A DNA stretch of 35,554 nucleotides. Source: Octopus bimaculoides (Eukaryota). The translations under genes were made by a program, and so were the position numbers. Below are positions 33,340 through 35,554 of this stretch, piece by piece. Each line of letters begins with the position of its first letter. Within the stretch, counting starts at the first letter, position 1. The notes under the pieces are model-generated. The model was not told the origin of the DNA and made no database searches. It was given only the letters and a program-made list of their open reading frames with translations. The stretch covers positions 6,445,750-6,481,303 of the forward strand of contig NC_069003.1 of NCBI RefSeq assembly GCF_001194135.2. The letters run 5' to 3'.

Positions 33340-33925
33340 GTGCTTACGTATACATACATATATATATATTCATATATTCATATGTGTATTCACGTACACA
33401 CACGCACATACATATATATATATATATGTGTGTGTGTATGCATATATACATATACTTGTATGTATATATTTGTGAATACACATATACATATGTGTGTACA
33501 TGTCCATATACAGAAATGTATTAATTATACATTTCGTGCTTATTCAATACACGCACATACACTCATACATCCATAACGTACTAACATATACATATATACA
33601 CACATATATATATATATATACATACGCACATATATACATACATATATGCACATATGTATACATGCATACACACACCTCCACTCCAACCCACACGAACCCA
33701 CACCCACCCACACAACCCCCCACACATATATACTGATACACATATTCCCATACAAACACATAAATGCGTTTTCACTTACATACACAAATGCTCACATAAA
33801 AACATGCATACATAAATATATACACACACATACACATGCATACATACACACACAGGCACATACATACATATACACACATACATACATACATACACACATA
33901 CATGCATGCATACATATACGAATGT
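33150..33925. repeat. (CA)n/(TA)n/(CATA)n microsatellite block
   Basis: Direct reading of the sequence. Confidence 0.9.
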
Positions 33926-34459
33926 GGAGTCGAAATCAGCCAGGTTTGCATAAGGGGACTATTCATGTTTTTCTTTTTCTATTCGTGTTATGAATTCTAT
34001 TCCCTTAAATTTTTGCCATTAATGCAATCCTGGTAAATAGAAAGAAAAGAAACTAAGAAAAAATGCAAAAAAAACAAAAGAGAAAAAAGAAGCTTTCTAT
34101 CTCTCTTCTTTTTGATAAATGCAATGGAGCGCTGTTTTAGGAAAAAAATGGCAATTATAGTAATAATGAAGTTTTAGAATTAAAATAGTAAATTATAAGT
34201 TAGTNNNNNNNNNNNNNNNNNNNNNNNNNNNNNNNNNNNNNNNNNNNNNNNNNNNNNNNNNNNNNNNNNNNNNNNNNNNNNNNNNNNNNNNNNNNNNNNN
34301 NNNNNNNNNNNNNNNNNNNNNNNNNNNNNNNNNNNNNNNNNNNNNNNNNNNNNNNNNNNNNNNNNNNNNNNNNNNNNNNNNNNNNNNNNNNNNNNNNNNN
34401 NNNNNNNNNNNNNNNNNNNNNNNCAAAAATGAGTCGGTTGGATAATATCCACAGTCTCA

Positions 34460-34774
34460 GATGGCAAAGTCGATCCCGGCGGAATTTGAACTCAGAACGT
34501 AAAAACAGACAAAATAGCGCTAAGCATTTCGCCCGGCGTGCTAACGTTTCTTATTTCTTTATTGCCCACAAGGGGCTAAACATAGAGGGGACAAACGAGG
34601 ACAGACAAAGGGATTAAGTCGATTACATCGACCCAGTGCGTAACTGGTACTTAATTTATCGATCCTGAAAGGAAAAGTCGACCTCGGCAGAATTTGAACT
34701 CAGAACGTAAAGACAGACGAAATATTGCTAAGCATTTCGTCCGGCGTGCTAACGATCCTGCCAACTCGTCGCCT
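34460..34774 (-). mobile_element. Dimeric SINE family A (right monomer 3'-truncated)
   Basis: Minus strand: full head aggcgacgagttggcaggatcgttagcacgccgg, tail gggcaataaagaaataagaa, then acgttagcacgccgggcgaaatgcttagc. Confidence 0.85.
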
Positions 34775-35315
34775 CCCAGCCACATAATATACGTGTGGTG
34801 AGTACGTCCGTGTATGAGCGCGTGTTTGTATTTTCACGTGTAATATGTCTGGGTATAAATAGTTTGTCATATACGCATGTAAGCATGATCTAACAAATCT
34901 ACCCGTTTTTTTTCTTGAGCTAATCGTTTTTCTTATATTCTGTCTTTTTCTTTTCATAAAACTTTACAGTAATTTCTTGTTTTTAGGGGAGGGGCCCTGT
35001 TTTCGTATATATACACATATATATACATATATATGTTTCTTTCTTTTTGGCTTTCATCTTAAATTTGAAGAGTTTCGTATAAGTAGCTGTTTGTCATTTA
35101 TACATGTTCAAAGCAGTAGTTTAGATCAGGAAACATTAAATAAATAAACAAAATATAGACCAGATCCTTAAATAGATTTCCTCCCACTCTCTTACTGTCG
35201 ATGCTTTCTTTCTGCTTCTTTTCAATCTCTTGCTCCTCCCATCAACACAACTCCAAACAAAACAAAACAAAAACAAAAAGGGCGCAACATACACAGGCTT
35301 TAAGAACGTAGGAAT

Positions 35316-35501
35316 GTCACAGAGCCTAAAGGACTCATGAAGCGGGAACTTGACACGGTTTCCCTGGAGCATAAAAATCACTGGGATTAAATGCCCCCCC
35401 CCCCTGAACGGAACGCCGGTCCTTCCCAGCTCTTGCTGGGACTCATTTTACCGCTGAGTGGACTGGGACAACATGAATTGAAGTGTTTTGAGCAAGAACA
35501 C
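35316..35501 (-). mobile_element. SINE family C, core and tail
   Basis: Minus strand gtgttcttgctcaaaacacttcaattcatgttgtcccagtccactcagc...gggaaaccgtg...catgagtcct. Confidence 0.75.
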
Positions 35502-35554
35502 GGTACATAGCCGTGTTTACGTATGTGCGTGTGTATTTATGCCTGTATATATAT

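Larger units (their letters stand above)
3816..34423. other. Ten assembly gaps (N runs)
   Basis: 3816-4642, 6331-6422, 7163-7858, 12219-12980, 14500-15249, 25281-26028, 26858-27504, 28711-29210, 31341-31967, 34205-34423; several abut microsatellites, SINEs or an inverted repeat. Confidence 0.99.

Overview
Repeat-saturated eukaryotic non-coding DNA from a gapped draft assembly: 10 N-gaps totalling about 5.9 kb (about 16%), plus dense (TA)n/(CA)n/(CATA)n microsatellites. The SINE families and microsatellite style strongly suggest an Octopus genome (inference from pattern recognition, not a database hit). I found no host protein-coding exon I can support. Every long ORF in the track is a microsatellite or N-run artefact, or a decayed transposon fragment. 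Recognisable relics: three 3' ends of an RLE-type (R4/Dong-like) LINE with (CATA)n tails; three Tc1/mariner maT-like pieces (two give DD37D spacing); a mariner C-terminus; two Tx1/L1-clade fragments; several RTE ends; a Penelope-like GIY-YIG fragment with pLTR-like pieces; and at least four tRNA-derived SINE families. I see no clear new multi-gene system. The best leads are: (1) an RLE LINE apparently targeting (CATA)n microsatellites, (2) hammerhead-ribozyme motifs, (3) a 191-bp-arm foldback element and other inverted repeats that could form dsRNA, (4) a compact RFX X-box/CCAAT/TATA promoter-like island, (5) a dimeric SINE with a recurrent junction, and (6) an internally deleted RTE next to a tandem duplication that includes an RTE tail.
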